Made by a program: the position numbers and the translations under genes. A stretch of DNA of 55,227 nt, filler included, from Jimgerdemannia flammicorona (taxonomy: Eukaryota), in the NCBI GenBank assembly GCA_003990765.1. It is 3 parts of 3 records of this genome, joined end to end, with 100 filler letters (N's around TTAATTAATTAA, not from the genome) between each part and the next. Parts side by side here need not be neighbours in the genome. Positions count along the whole stretch, not along the records: positions 1 to 18,354 come from RBNJ01002230.1; 2 more parts are not named here. One strand, 5' to 3'. Of the stretch, positions 1 to 12,755 are shown in pieces; positions within the stretch are counted from its first letter, which is position 1, and every line of letters begins with the position of its first letter. The notes beneath the pieces were generated by a model. It was not told the DNA's origin and did no database searches. It saw only the letters and a program-made list of their open reading frames with translations.

Positions 1-428
1 CTCCATCAGCCGTCACATCTCCAGCCCCTACTCCGGCCCCTTCCCTACCACCAGAAGCACCCTGGGGTGCATCTCCCTGACCCCCGGTAGTAGCCACCGA
101 CGCCTTCCCCAGGCCCAGCCAACTATCTAGCCCAGAAGCCATTGCCCCCATCCTGACCTTGTCAGCAAAGGTTGTCCTCTCCCCTCCTCTCTGCCTCAGA
201 CCTCCCCTTCCCCTGCCGCTGGGGCCCCGGCTAGCCATCGAGGCCCCTGGCATCCCCAAACCATCTCCCCTCCTCCCCACCTGCTGCCAGCCAAAGGCGC
301 CACCACCTCCCTGGCCAGTACGCTCACCAGATCGATCGTTGCCGTCCATGTTGTTAGTCGCTGGACACCAAAAACGTTGTAGAAAGTGTTGTCTGAGTCT
401 TGTGTAACCTGAATGTTGCCGGAGAAAG
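1..428 (-). mobile_element. L1/Tx1-like LINE, 5' end (5' UTR and ORF1 start; continues beyond the window start)
   Basis: Colinear with 23630-24055 of the better-preserved LINE copy. ORF1 ATG at 349 (MDGNDRSGERTGQGGGG...TFADKVR). Similarity ends at 428 (5' end CTTTCTCC). Confidence 0.9.
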
Positions 429-568
429 ATGCTACAACTACTTTCAAGCAAACACTTCCTCAAACTGAAGGCTTCTTGGTACACATTGTGTACTAAGTCT
501 CTAAGTAATAGTCTTACTTCTCTAATTATCTAAAGGATAAGAGAGGGGTAGAAAAAAGAGTTATTACA
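429..568 (-). repeat. Probable LTR fragment of another retrotransposon, inserted into Gypsy A pol and interrupted by the LINE
   Basis: Begins TGTAATAAC on the minus strand immediately after the Gypsy A pol frame (LTHAPVL) breaks off; non-coding; no second copy in the window. Confidence 0.45.
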
Positions 569-574
569 ATTATA

Positions 575-2080
575 TAGGACTGGAGCATGGGTCAGATAGT
601 TCTTGAGTTCTTGAAAGGCTTATTGATAGAAGAGGTCCCAGGTATAGGGTACATAGTGGTCTGAGTGTGGGGCCTTCCTCATGAGATTAGTCAGTGGCTC
701 AGTGATACTAGAGAAGTTTCTGACAAAGTGGTAGTAGTAGTCAGCTAGGCCAAGGAAGGATTGGAGTTCTGTGATGTTTGACAGAATGGGCCATTCTTCA
801 ATTGCTTCTATCTTGTGTGGGTCTACTTGAATTCCTTGTACAGAGATAATGTGGCCAAGATATTTGACTTGTTCTTTGAAGAATTCACACTTCTTAAGCT
901 TAGCATAGAGCTTGTGTTTTCACAGGATCTCCAGAACTATTTGAATATGTTTGAGGTATTCTTCTTTAGTTGCACTAAAGATCAGGATATCATCAAGATA
1001 CATATACCAATAAGAAAATAAATAGTTGATTCTTGAATATCTTGTTCATCAGGTTCTGGAATGTGGCAGGTGCATTGGTGAGACCAAATGCTAAGACCAG
1101 GAATTCATAAAGTCCAAAGGGGGTCATGAATGCAGTCTTGGGAATGTCTTCTGGCTTGATTTGGATCTGGTGGTATTCTGACATGAGGTCTAACTTGGTG
1201 AAATACTTGGAATTCTTGAGAGTATCAAAGATTTGATCAATCAAGAGTAGTAGATAGTAGTTCTTGACAGTGAGTTTGTTGAGTGTATGATAGTCTATGC
1301 ACATTCATAGAGTACTATTCTTCTTCTTGACAAATAAGACTGGTGAGCCATAAGGAGATTTGCTTGGCAGAATAGCTCCTCATGCAAGTAGTTCTTCTAG
1401 TTCTTTCTTGACTACTTCAATTTTGAGTGGTAACATGTGGTACATGTGTTTCTTGAGTGGTACAGCTCCTGGAGTCAGTTCAATTTCATGATCAACTTCT
1501 CATGTAGGTGGTAGACCAGATAGCTTATCTGGAAAGACATCCTTAAATTCTTCTAGCAGTAACTTAATGCTTTTATTAACTGATAGTCTCTTGTCTTGTT
1601 TCTTGGGATGGACTATTATAATAAAGACATGCATTGCCTTCTTAAGTACTCTCTTGTACTGTATAGCTAACAGTGTTGTAATCTGGATCATACTTGTGGT
1701 CTTGTCTTTTTTGATAGTAATATTGGCTCCATCTTGAAGTAGAGTGACTTCATTCTTGCACTAATTGATATCTGGGTTGTATTTTGTAAGCCAGAGATTT
1801 CCTAAGATCAGGTCATGATCTCCTAGTGGTACAACCTTGAAGTCTACTTATTTCCAATATTTCTGGATCTTGATAGATAGTTTGGCAGCAATTGACTCAA
1901 TGGGGTGCAGAGTTCCATCTGCAGTGACTATTCTATTATTCTTGGGTGCAGGCTTGATAAGGATCTTGAGGCTTTCAATGAGATTCTGATTGATGAAGTT
2001 CTCTGTAGCTCCACTGTCTATGAGTACTTAAACTTCTTTTCCTTTAACTAGGCCTTTGAAAATGAGCATAGCTTGAGCTT
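575..2080 (-). pseudogene. pol: Gypsy A pol: aspartic protease and reverse transcriptase
   Basis: DSG protease motif, then canonical Ty3-type RT motifs; ORF track 993..1304 and 1500..1691. Confidence 0.9.
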
Positions 2081-2105
2081 GATTTTCACTAAGACTTGCT
2101 GCTTG

Positions 2106-2520
2106 ATCAGTGCTGCCAAAACCTTTTTGATCTCATTTGGTTTCAGGGAGTTCTTGGACTTCTGTAATCTTGAGTTGACTGGCTTTTTCTAGGATCATTT
2201 TTGTGACTTGGTCTCCTTCCTTGACTGTGTAGTCTTGATCCTTCTAGTTGATAAGTAGAACTTGAACTTGTCCTCAAAAGTCTAGGTCAATGACACCAGT
2301 GCCTACATCTAAATAATGTTTGATACTAAGTCCTGATTGTGGTATAATTCTGACATAATGTCCTTCAGGACATTGAACTGCAATTCCAGTAGGTACCAGA
2401 GTTTGATCTTTGGCTGGAATAGTGACTTGTTTGACTGAGTGTAGGTTAAGACCAATGGCTCCTTCTGTTTGATATTGAGGGGCCTGAGCCTTCAGGTGAA
2501 GCTTCTTGACTTTGAGCTTG
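2106..2520 (-). pseudogene. dUTPase domain between gag and protease (Gypsy A)
   Basis: LKVKKL..., GAIGLNL (motif 1), PQSGLS (2), GVIDLDF*G (3), VTKMI (4), KGFGSTD (5). Confidence 0.9.
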
Positions 2521-2594
2521 GGTTGACTGGTGGTAGAGTTGACAGATGTATCCTTGAACAACATGGTTACTGGTCTTGAGAGTTCACTATTCTT

Positions 2595-3481
2595 CTAAGG
2601 ATATTTAGTTACAATGTGTCCTGTTTGGCAACAGAAGAAACAGGCTCTAGATTTCTTCAAATGGTCCTTTTCTTCAGGGGTGAGCTTAGTGTTCTTTTGA
2701 TTCATAGTGTCTAAGTCCGTTGGTGCCAGGCCAACTATCCTTGGTTGGTTCTTGTGGCAGTTCTCAAAGTAGTTCTTCTTGCAGTATTCTGGTTCAAAGT
2801 AGTTGCCAAAGGTGATAGCATTAAACCTATTAGTAATTCTCATGGCTTCATCAAGGTTTTTGGGCTCTTCTAGCTTGACCTTGACTTGTGTGTTTCCCTT
2901 CAGGCCTCAGACATAGCAATCTATCTTTTTGCCCTCTGATATTGCTGATAGCTCAAGTAGGATTGACAAGAATTGTGCATTGTAGCTTTGTACAGACTTG
3001 AGTTGCTTGATGTTCACTAGCTTATCTCTGACTAGTTTGGTAGCATTAGCAGGCTTGAACTGCTTGTGAAGGGCTCTCTTAAAGGCTTCCCAGTCTCTGA
3101 TTTATGCATATGAGTATACAGAGGATTGTGCCACCAGATGGCTGCATTTCCTCAGAGAAGTATGGTGGCAAATTGAACTTGCATATCATCTTCCATTCTT
3201 GTGAGCTTGAAGTAATGATCCAACTGGAAGGTCCATGCATCTGTAGATAGTCCTCCTTGATGGCTGTTGAAGGTATCTAGTTTGAGTGGCTTGAAACTGA
3301 CTGGTGTTATAGCAGGATGTGATGTATCTGCAGTTTGTGTTTTCTGCTGTTCTAGTTGTACTTGAAGTTCTTAGATTTGGTGAGCCATAGCATTGATCAT
3401 GTCCTCTATGCCAAGTTGCTGTTCTCTCGCTTCTTGTGTAGCAAAGGGGTCTGGCTGGTAGACTGACTCTTCATAGCTCAT
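2595..3481 (-). pseudogene. gag: Gypsy A gag
   Basis: ATG at 3481 about 90 nt after the LTR; ends in a decayed CX2CX4HX4C knuckle; contains stops and frameshifts. Confidence 0.8.
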
Positions 3482-3556
3482 TTTGGGTTCATGTGACTAG
3501 TTGTGACTGGTTTCCAAATTCATGTGAGATTTCTTAATAAGATAAGGTATAATGAT

Positions 3557-3569
3557 ACTGCTGCTACTA
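3557..3569 (-). promoter_or_regulatory. Primer-binding site, probably tRNA-iMet type
   Basis: TAGTAGCAGCAGT 2 nt after the LTR end, consistent with a mutated TGGTAGCAGCGG. Confidence 0.5.
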
Positions 3570-3571
3570 AG

Positions 3572-4035
3572 TATAACAGTTCTAGCTTCTTTAAGAGGAA
3601 GCAGCTAAATATGGAAGTTCTAGTTCATCTAAAATAGCTTGAAGAGATACTTAAAGGTTCAAGTATTCTCAAAAGATTTCTGAGAGAAAATATTCTGAGC
3701 TTTATTCAGGCAGAGAACAAGGATATTTATATATGATCTAAAAGAAAGATCTGGAAGGATCTTGGAAAGAAAGAGAAATGCCAAGAAATAGGTTCTCAGC
3801 AAAGCTGACTAATATTATTCTACAATGTTCTGAAAGGTTCTATGACTAGCTAAGACAAGATACTTGGTGCCAAGGAAAGACAAAAATGTTCTGGTAGTGT
3901 CTGGGCACCAAGAGAAGGTTTCTAAGCAAGTAGAAGGTGGTGGAATATAGTAGAATATTCAAGAAATAACAAGAAAAGACTAACTAAAAGATACAAAAAT
4001 ATACTGAGACTAAATATGAATGTGAAATTGTTATA
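3572..4035 (-). repeat. 5' LTR of Gypsy family A (464 bp)
   Basis: Termini TATAAC...GTTATA, read as TGTAAC...GTTACA after transition mutation at both ends; followed by a PBS and then gag. Confidence 0.75.
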
Positions 4036-5618
4036 CTCCCCTGACAAAGCACTCCTTCAAATCCTCCCAATGGCCCCTCACCTCATCCCTCTGCCTACAG
4101 ACCCCCAGATACTCCCCTATAGTAATCCAGAAACTACCAAATATCTCACACTCCTTCAACCAATGTTCAGATACCTGTACAAAACCCCCTTCAGGCCTCA
4201 CATTAAGGCACTCCTCACACTCAAACTCACTACCCTCAATCAAATATCCAGAGCAGAAGTTCAGCATGATATTCCTCCTCAACATATGCCACTATATCAC
4301 CCAGAACTTGGGGGGAAGTCACTGCTTGACCTCAGCACTCCAGGACCAAACTCCATCCCAGTCCCACTCCTCACCTATACCAACTCCCTGCCAACTCACC
4401 AGCCACATGTCTAACCCCATCTTACTCTGGTACTCAACCCCATCTCCAATGTCAAATTTAACAAGGAGGGAGCCCCTAAGCAGGAGCCTCTCTCAGTGCC
4501 ACATCACCAGCCTCCAATATATCTTTCTCTCATTGCTCTGCCACTTTAGCCCAATACAATGCACCTCTACAGCAATCCCCCACCAGAATCCGAAGTGCAA
4601 AGACCCCCCACACCATCACTGACAGCCAATCATGAGTCTTCCTGGTATCCTCCCTCCCAGCCAGCTGAATCTGGATATCAACATCTCTTGTTCTAAATGA
4701 GATCCCTTTTCAGACTCAAAACCCAATATCAACTACCTCCCTATACTCAGCAATAACCTTCTCAACTCTCCTCCTCATCTCTACAGCAGTCACCATAGAC
4801 ACTTCTTTTTCCAGAAGTTATATCACCATGGGGTCCCATCTCAAGCATTACATCATTAGGATATATACCTCTCCAACAGTCAGCCCTGCCTTCAGCATGG
4901 CCTCTAATGGCTGAACCTTCTTGAAACCCACCTCTACCCCTTTGAAACCCCTCAGAAACTTCATGGATACCCATTATCCATCTGTTTAGCAATTAACCCT
5001 AAGACTATTTTCACTGTCACTACTAAGCCCTAGAAGCACAAAGTGACCACAAACTCTGAGATTGACTTCTTGAGTAATGGGGCTACCACCAGGCCTGTCA
5101 CACCATCTGCCAGGTCCCCATCTGGCCAGGCCCCATCTTCTCAGCCCTGCCATCAGCAGTCATATCTGAATTTTTTTCCAGATTACTAGTTACCACTCCA
5201 TTAGCAGTCACACTTCCAGCCACTACACCACTAGTCCTTCTACAAGACACCTCTAAGGGAGCCCCTTCTAGCCCCCCAGCATCAGTCTTTCTCTTGTCAC
5301 CCTACAGCCATCTATCCAGTTTAGCTGCCAGATCCCTCTACTTGAACTTCTCAGCAAAGCTCATCCAATTCCCCCCTGGCTGTACTATACCTCCTCCTCT
5401 ACCACCACCAACCTCCCTTCCATCTATCAAAGTGCTCAGTATCCCTAACTCTACTCTCTGACCCCTCTCCACATGCTGCCAGCTAAATGCACTGGGGCCA
5501 CCCTACTCAGTACATACTATAGAACTCCGATTTAAGAATATATTCTAAAGACATTTCTCAAAAGAATAGTGTAAAAGTAGGTGATATATGTTTGTTTAAT
5601 ATGAGATGTATCAAAAGG
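4036..5618 (-). mobile_element. Internally deleted LINE copy (5' end and half of ORF1 joined directly to the ORF2 C-terminal zinc finger)
   Basis: ORF1-like sequence (...DVDIQIQLAG...HDWLSVMVWG) is fused near 4600 to late ORF2 (GFWWG...CEECLNV...EHWLKEC). Its 3' end is cut by the Gypsy A LTR. Confidence 0.8.
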
Positions 5619-8600
5619 AGCCTGGGCTACAGTGCAATATCCATACTAGTCATCTACTTCCAAAAATCCCAAGACAATCCATCTTCCCATAAAGCTGTTC
5701 CCAGACTAGTCATTACCTAAACTCAACAGACCTCCTCTCTCTTAACAGAGACTCCAAGTTCACCTAGACCTACTGCTGGGTCTGGGTGCCAATCCTCCAG
5801 CTGCCATTAAATGTCTAGTGCATCTTCTCCACCCTCTTTCTTACTTCACAACTGTCTCCTATAAAACTGCAGTAGACATAAGATCTCTGGCATCTCAATC
5901 ACTATATAGATCATCTGCCTCGTTCAATACTCTTGTCTGAAGCTATCTTGATAGAAACTTTGTAGGTCACTCTCACTCCTCTAGTTACTGCTACTACAAA
6001 TGCACTACTATTCTCTTTATCTGCAGTTCCTCCTCCTGCCTAAGCAGCCTCTTCAGTTCTTCCACTTCTACCCAGATTCATTGAGCCCTCTAATCTCCCT
6101 CCTCTCTTTCAATCAAAGATCCAGCCCACCTCACTAGTAGTCTCTCTAACCTATATGAGGCCCACCTAATATAACTCCTCCTCTGAGCCCCCTGCTCTCT
6201 CCCAGCCTCACCTTAATACTACTGAGCATCAGATTATAACCACTGCCAACAATCCCCAATCTCCAACCCCTGTGCCCTCCAGCCAATAATCCTAGTGCTA
6301 ATATCCACGACCCATTTATCTCATAAGATGTGACCCTCCAGTAATAAAGTATTTAGATACCAATGTCCAGACCCCTCCCAACTCCCCCCAAACCTCCCAC
6401 TGCTTAGCAAACCCCAGTGGTCAGACCAAGAGCACCAGACTGTCTCAATCTTACTCTAAACATCTGCTCCCCAGTACTCAGCAGTCAAGATCCAATCAAT
6501 CCTCAATCTCAGCCCTACCATCTAGTGAGTATAGACCTGATGATCTCCCCACCCAAGTTGCTCTGCATTCACCAAAGAGCTTAATCTCTCAATCTCCTCC
6601 CAGGCTTCCATCCCTCTACTCCTAGCTGTCATCCCCTTCCTGCTATCTATCCTGTCCAGCAGTCCATTATGTATCATATTAAAGTCACCCCCCAGAAAGT
6701 CAATCCCTACTATTACCAAAATACTCACATCTCTCTATCCCCTGATTCACTCCATATACTCTCTCCTTTCTACTAGACAATAATATGACCCCACAGTCAA
6801 GGGGCTCCAGTCCAGCCTCCTCTACACTCTCCACACCAATCTGCTCCCCTAATGTCCAATGTCCCTAATATCCCCCTTGCCCTTCCTAACCAGAATGTCT
6901 ACCTGACTCTGCCATACTACTATATCTCCCCATTCCCTCATCCAATCCTGCAAGTCCAAGCCTGTATCATAGCCTACATCCTGCAATAAGATCAGATCCA
7001 CATTCAGTCCCTTTAACTAGCTAAAGATATTCTGATGCCTCATTGGACCCCTCAAATCATTGACATTCAAAGAGAAGATTCTAATTATAATATTCATATT
7101 GAATAATGTTTTTCAGAGAGTAAGCACTCACTCTACAATTCCATGCTCACTATATCACCAGTAATATCCAGATTCCACTCTGCCTCAAGCTCATCTGCCT
7201 CTCCCTACTGAGCATTTAGTGCCTCCAAGATCTCCTGACAGTCTACCCCATCTACTGTCTTCATATCAGACCTATAATCCTTGCATACTACCTGCCACTT
7301 CTCCAACCCCTTTCTACGTCTCCAAAGATATATCACCCACTCATTCATAATGATTAGGAGCACCACCTCTCTGGTATTATCTATCTCATATTCCTTCATT
7401 TTCAACAGGCCTGCCAATGGTTCATTATAAAGCTTCTGGACCACCTTCTCTCTATGTGAGATTTCACCTCAGTAATACTCACTAATCACTCTTAAAATCA
7501 TCTCACCCAGCTCATTTGCTGCAATATTTATCAATACCTTCTACAGTCACTTCTTCTCTTCTATGGTCCTATTCACTCCTTGACCCACCTCCTGTCCTCT
7601 AGCCCCTTGACCACCTGTCTGTACCAACTTATCTCAGTCCTCCTTCAGTACATCCTATAGCTCATTGTTCTCCTTGTCTATTACAGGCATCTCATATTGA
7701 ACTTGCATCACCTCCACTATCACCTCATCCTCAACCACTGCTCCCTGCCCTGGGTCTCTCTCTTCTGCCAAAGTCACCTTCACCACTATCCCCTCCTTCT
7801 CTGCCCAGACACTGGCCCTCAATCTGACTCTATCAGTAGCTTTCTCCCCCTCCAGCTGCCCTCTCAATTTTGCCAGCAAATCCTTCTAATGCTATCTCTC
7901 CTGTACCCTTTTTTAGGCAGTCTGATCTAATCTCACTCACTCACCATTTACTATCTCAACTACTATCTTTGCCTCATACTCCTTTCAGACTAGTCTCCTC
8001 TTCTCAACTACTTCAGCAAAGTTCTCCAATATCTCTAGCAGGTCCTCCTCCTCCTCTGGCATCCCCTTGATCCTTGAGACCTTGCACTCTACTGATCCTC
8101 ATTTAAGTACTGCTGGCCAATCCCTCCTCTTTCCAGTATTCTCCTTGCTAGCCTCACTCTGATATCCATATCTCTAGTCCTGAACTCTGTATCCTTCTTG
8201 ACCCAGAAGCCCACATCCACTACATTACTATACTCCTTGATGATATTGGCAATTAGCCCCCTGGCCACCTCCTTCTTTACCATTAACACATTCATCACTA
8301 CCAGCTATACCATTCTAGGGTCCCAGTATAAGTACTAAGTCATAGAAATTACCATCTTTCCCACTACTCCACCTTTCTTCAATATCTCCAGCATCAATCC
8401 TTTTTCTCAAACCCCATCTCAACTCCCTCTAGACTCTTCAAGAACTTTACCAAGGCAGCCCCTTTCACCTCTTGGGCTAGCAGCCCCAGAACCATTCTTG
8501 TTATAATCACTAGACCCCAGAAGCACAATGTGATAGTAATTTCAGATACTAATTTCTTGAGTAATAGTACCACCACTAGGCCTATTATACCATCAGCCAG

Positions 8601-9105
8601 GTTTCCAGACCTTATGCCCTGACTCTGTCCAGCCCCACTATCAGCCATTATATCTGGATTTTTTTCCAGATTAGCAGTCCCCCCTCTATCAGCAGTCTCA
8701 CTCCACTCAGCCATAACTCCCCCAGTCCTACTACTACTACTCTCAGGAGCCTCCCTATCAGACCCTTGCTCACTCCTCTTCTCCTTATCACCCTGCAGCC
8801 AGATCTCTAAGCTTATTGATGAGCACTCCACCTTGACCTTATCAGTAAAGCTCACTCTCCCAATCCCCTATCTCTCAGGACTACTATCTCCTCCTCCATG
8901 TCCTCCAGCCGGCAGACCCCTCAGACTTCCTCCCAAGCCATAACTCCTCCCTACATAGTACTAGTCAAATGTACTGGGGCCACCCTGCCCAGCATACTCC
9001 TCCAATCTCTCATTTGTTGCTATGATATTATCACCTTTACTCTAAAAACTGTTTCAAAAGTATTGTCAGAAGTTTGTATAAATGTGAATTATAGCAGAAA
9101 GAAAG
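5619..9105 (-). mobile_element. LINE copy: 5' UTR, ORF1, APE endonuclease and start of the RT region; heavily mutated, 3' part lost
   Basis: SFTDKVK (ORF1); ORF2 start MNIIIRIFSLNVND near 7097; LQDV, GGDFN, RIDW, SDH motifs; DGLSWDF near 5670. Confidence 0.88.
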
Positions 9106-11558
9106 TGAAGAATTCATTATATCTAGTATATCACTATATAGTACACTAGTTCTCTTTATTATCAAAAAAGGAGGAGATCTCCAAATATATATTGATTACT
9201 AAGATCTCAATGAATAAACTATTAAGAACTATTGCCCACAACCCTAAATTGATGAAATCTTTGATAGACTTACTAATCCACAGTTCATAAGCTCTTTTGA
9301 CCTATGAAATGACTACTGATAAATTACTATAAAAGAAGAAGATATCTACAAAACTGTTTTCTAAACTCACTATGAATATATATTTCAAGTTCTTAATTAT
9401 GGTCTTTGACTTAACTAATACTCTTATAACCTTCTAGACTCTGATGAACACTATTCTACACTCATACCTAGATAAATTATTATATCTATATTGATGATAT
9501 TCTGATCTTCAGCAAAACTCTAGAGGAATATCTTGAATATCTTTAACTAATATTACTGAAACTCTGAGAAAACAGACTGTTCATAAAACTCAGCAAATAT
9601 GAATTTCTTCTGAAAGAAATTCAATTTCTTAAACACATTATTACTTCTAATAAAATTAAAGTAGATTTCAGTAAGATCTCTGCAATCAAGAAATAGCCCA
9701 GACCTAAGAAACTGAAAGACCTTCAGTTATTCCTAGGATTAGCAAACTATTACAGATAATTCATTACAAACTTTACTAATATTGCTACTGCTCTTATCTA
9801 ACTGACCAAGTATAATAAAAAAGAAGGACAACCTTAGACCACAAAGCAAAAAAAAGACTTATACAATCTTATTAAATAGGGACTCAAATAAAATATAGCC
9901 TTTCAAGTCTTAAAAGATGCCCTGATAATCACTCTAGTACTTCAAGCAGTAAACTCTGCCCTACTATATGAAGTTACTACTGATATCTCTGACTTAACTC
10001 TTAGAGTAGTACTTTTGTAAAAAGAATACCCTGTGGCCTATTATTCTCAAAAGTTCAATGATACCAAAATCAACTATGCTACCTACATATAAGAAGGAAA
10101 TATTAGCTATTGTAGTCACTCTGATAAAATAGTACTTATATATTTCTTAAAGGAGTACACATCATTATACTGACAGACCACAAATTATTGATCAACATCA
10201 AGACTCAGAATATCCTTTTCTAAAAGTAAGCCCAATAAATAAAAGTTCTCACCAATTTTAACTATAAAATCCAATACTATCCTAGTAAAGTAAATATTAT
10301 CACTAATATAATATCTAGATTACTAATTAAAGAAGTTATATAAACCCTCACCTTGGTCACTAATTCTATTATAGAACAAATTATTACAGTATGTACTAAT
10401 GATAAAGAAGCTCAAGTACTTTAAAAGATCCTAAGTAGTAATAATATCAATAACTACTTTCAGTATTATTAATATCAATTAAAGGATAATACTATCTATT
10501 ACAAAGATATATTGAATATTTCTAACAATTGAGATCTCTGAAGGACTATTCTGTTTGAATGTTATAATGTCCCTATAGCTGGATATCTAGAATTTGATAT
10601 ATACTACATATGAAGTTATCTCTTAAAACTTCTATTGGCCCTATATAGTAGACTAGTTGAAGAACTATATCACTTTTAGTAATATCTATAAATATAACAA
10701 GTTCTCAACTCTAGCAAAACTTAGACTATTTCATTCTATTTCAGTATCATCTGCCAATTGAAGATAAATCTCTATAGACTTCATTATATAACTACTCTAA
10801 AATAAGAATGAGAAAGATGAAATTATTATCTTTGTAGATTATCTTAGCAAATAAGCCCACTTTGTATCTACTACTATAACTACAATAGTACTTAAAATTG
10901 TTACACTCATATTTGACAAGATCTTCTATTATTATAGTCTTCTTAAGATCATTATTAGTAACTGAGATCCAAAATTTACCAGTTATTTTTAGAAAGCTCT
11001 ACATATATATCTTAGAATAAAGCTAGTACTATCTATAGTCTTTTACTCTAAAACTGATAGCAAAACTGAAAGGATGAACCAAACTCTAAAATAAATACTA
11101 AGGAACTATATTTTTTATTAATAAGATAATTAATATAAATATCTTATAATAGTTAAATTTGTCTATAATAATAGCAAACAAGCTTCTCTTAGAATGATCC
11201 CATTCTTTAACAATATAGGACAAAATCTAAACATCTCTCTGACTCTCATTAAAGATATAGATAAACTCTCTATCATTGAAGCTATTGATGAATTTTTACT
11301 CTGAATATATAATTTGAGACAAATTGTAATCAAGAACCTATCTTAAGCTCAGAATTAACAATCTCAGTATATCAATCAGTACTACTGAGAACAAACTAAT
11401 AATATTAATAAAAAAGTTCTACTAGATATTTAAGGATACTGAGTTGATAATCTTAAGTACAAACTCTCTATAAAGCTAAATAGTAAGCTCATTAGACAAT
11501 TTGAAGTCATTATATAGATTTCTCCAATATCCTATAAACTAACTCTACTTGACACTAT
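9106..11558 (+). mobile_element. Old Ty3/Gypsy pol fragment (RT-RNase H-integrase), extremely AT-mutated
   Basis: LFIIKKGGDLQIYIDY, YIDDILIFS (~9485-9515), FLGLANYY, RNase H VTTD.SD, integrase SIDFI...VDYLSK.AHF, DPKFTS, QTD..TERMNQ-like, C-terminal ISPISYKL. Confidence 0.88.
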
Positions 11559-12608
11559 TGTGATGAGCAAATAGTATAATATAGTCAGATGATGTAAACT
11601 CCTAGCATAGTATAGTTACTCATATCTACTATACTTATAATTAGCCAGAATACCAAATTAAGATTATTTATCTGTATCCTGGGAACACACCTGTGTCTGG
11701 CAGATACACTCATATCTTATAGATATACTCATATCCTGTAGACATACTTATGTCCTATAGATACATCCAAATATTACCAGAGATGATAAATCTATAATTA
11801 TCCAGATAGTAACCACAATGTATAAAATACCCCAGAGACAGAGTAAATAAACCTCAGTCTGAAAAGTCTGAAATTTAAAGTAAAAGAAAAGTCTGTCTAC
11901 TATACTTTGGGGGATATACCTGCCAAAAGTCACTTGATTCTAAAGGAATTGGATTGCAATACTTAGGAGAAACACCCACTCTAAAGCCACTACTAGGGGA
12001 TTGTGAGCTTTGCTATTTCCACTCCAGTTTACTTTCTGATATAAAGAATGAGTCCATTTTCAAGAGAAGAGTCTGAAAAGTTGAAGTATAAATCAAAGAA
12101 ATCTCTAAAGTTTGAGCATTGGTTCTCTTTTCCCACTCTGGTCTACTTTCTGATACATACAAAGAAGAGTTTGTCACATTTTTGGTTTACTTGCCAGATA
12201 AGTCTGAAGAATCTGAGAAATCCACCAAGTTCAAAAAAGAACTTTGCCACTATTTGAGTAATCTGCTACTTAAGGAAAAAGTTGCTATTTTCAAAAAGAA
12301 GTCCACCTTTTGCCACAAAGTCAGTCTATTGATACAACATCACAGTAGAGCCAGTCTAACAACATAACTCCATATAAACAAAGCCAGTCTTGATGTAACT
12401 TTACCAAGAGAAGAATCTGCCATTCTCAGTGAACTTACTATTCTTGTCATAAGCCAGTCTATCTAATGCAACTTTGCAGTAGAGCCAGTTCTTCTGAAGT
12501 AACTCTATATAAATGAAGCCAGTCTTTAATATAACTTACTGAGAATCCATAACATCTGAGTTATCTGAGTTATCCATATTACCTAAGTTATGATATTCTC
12601 AGAAGACA
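11559..12608 (+). repeat. LTR (5' portion) related to the Gypsy family B LTRs, interrupted by a LINE
   Basis: Starts TGTGAT where the integrase frame breaks; shares blocks with 30879-32328 (TATAAA..CCCAGAGACA..AATAAACCTCAGTC, TTGCCAGATAAG.CTGAAGA, GCCAGTCT..ATG.AACTT). Confidence 0.75.
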
Positions 12609-12755
12609 CCTTTCTCCTGTACAATTCACATTATACCAACTTCAAGCAACAGTTTTCAATACAACTCAGAGAAAAGATACTATAAAATATCATCAAGCAA
12701 GAGTTCTGATGGGCATGCTGGGTCAGGTGGACCTGGGGCATTTGGCTGGCAGCAT

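Larger units (their letters stand above)
569..4035 (-). mobile_element. Ty3/Gypsy LTR retrotransposon family A (5' LTR-gag-dUTPase-protease-RT), 3'-interrupted and degenerate
   Basis: LTR and PBS; gag with decayed CCHC knuckle (CFFCCQTGHIVTKY); dUTPase; protease LIDSGATENF (~2000-2025); RT motifs SPYGSPVLFVKKK, CIDY, KTAFMTPFGLYEF, FGLTNAPATFQ, YLDDILIFS. Many premature stops. Confidence 0.93.
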
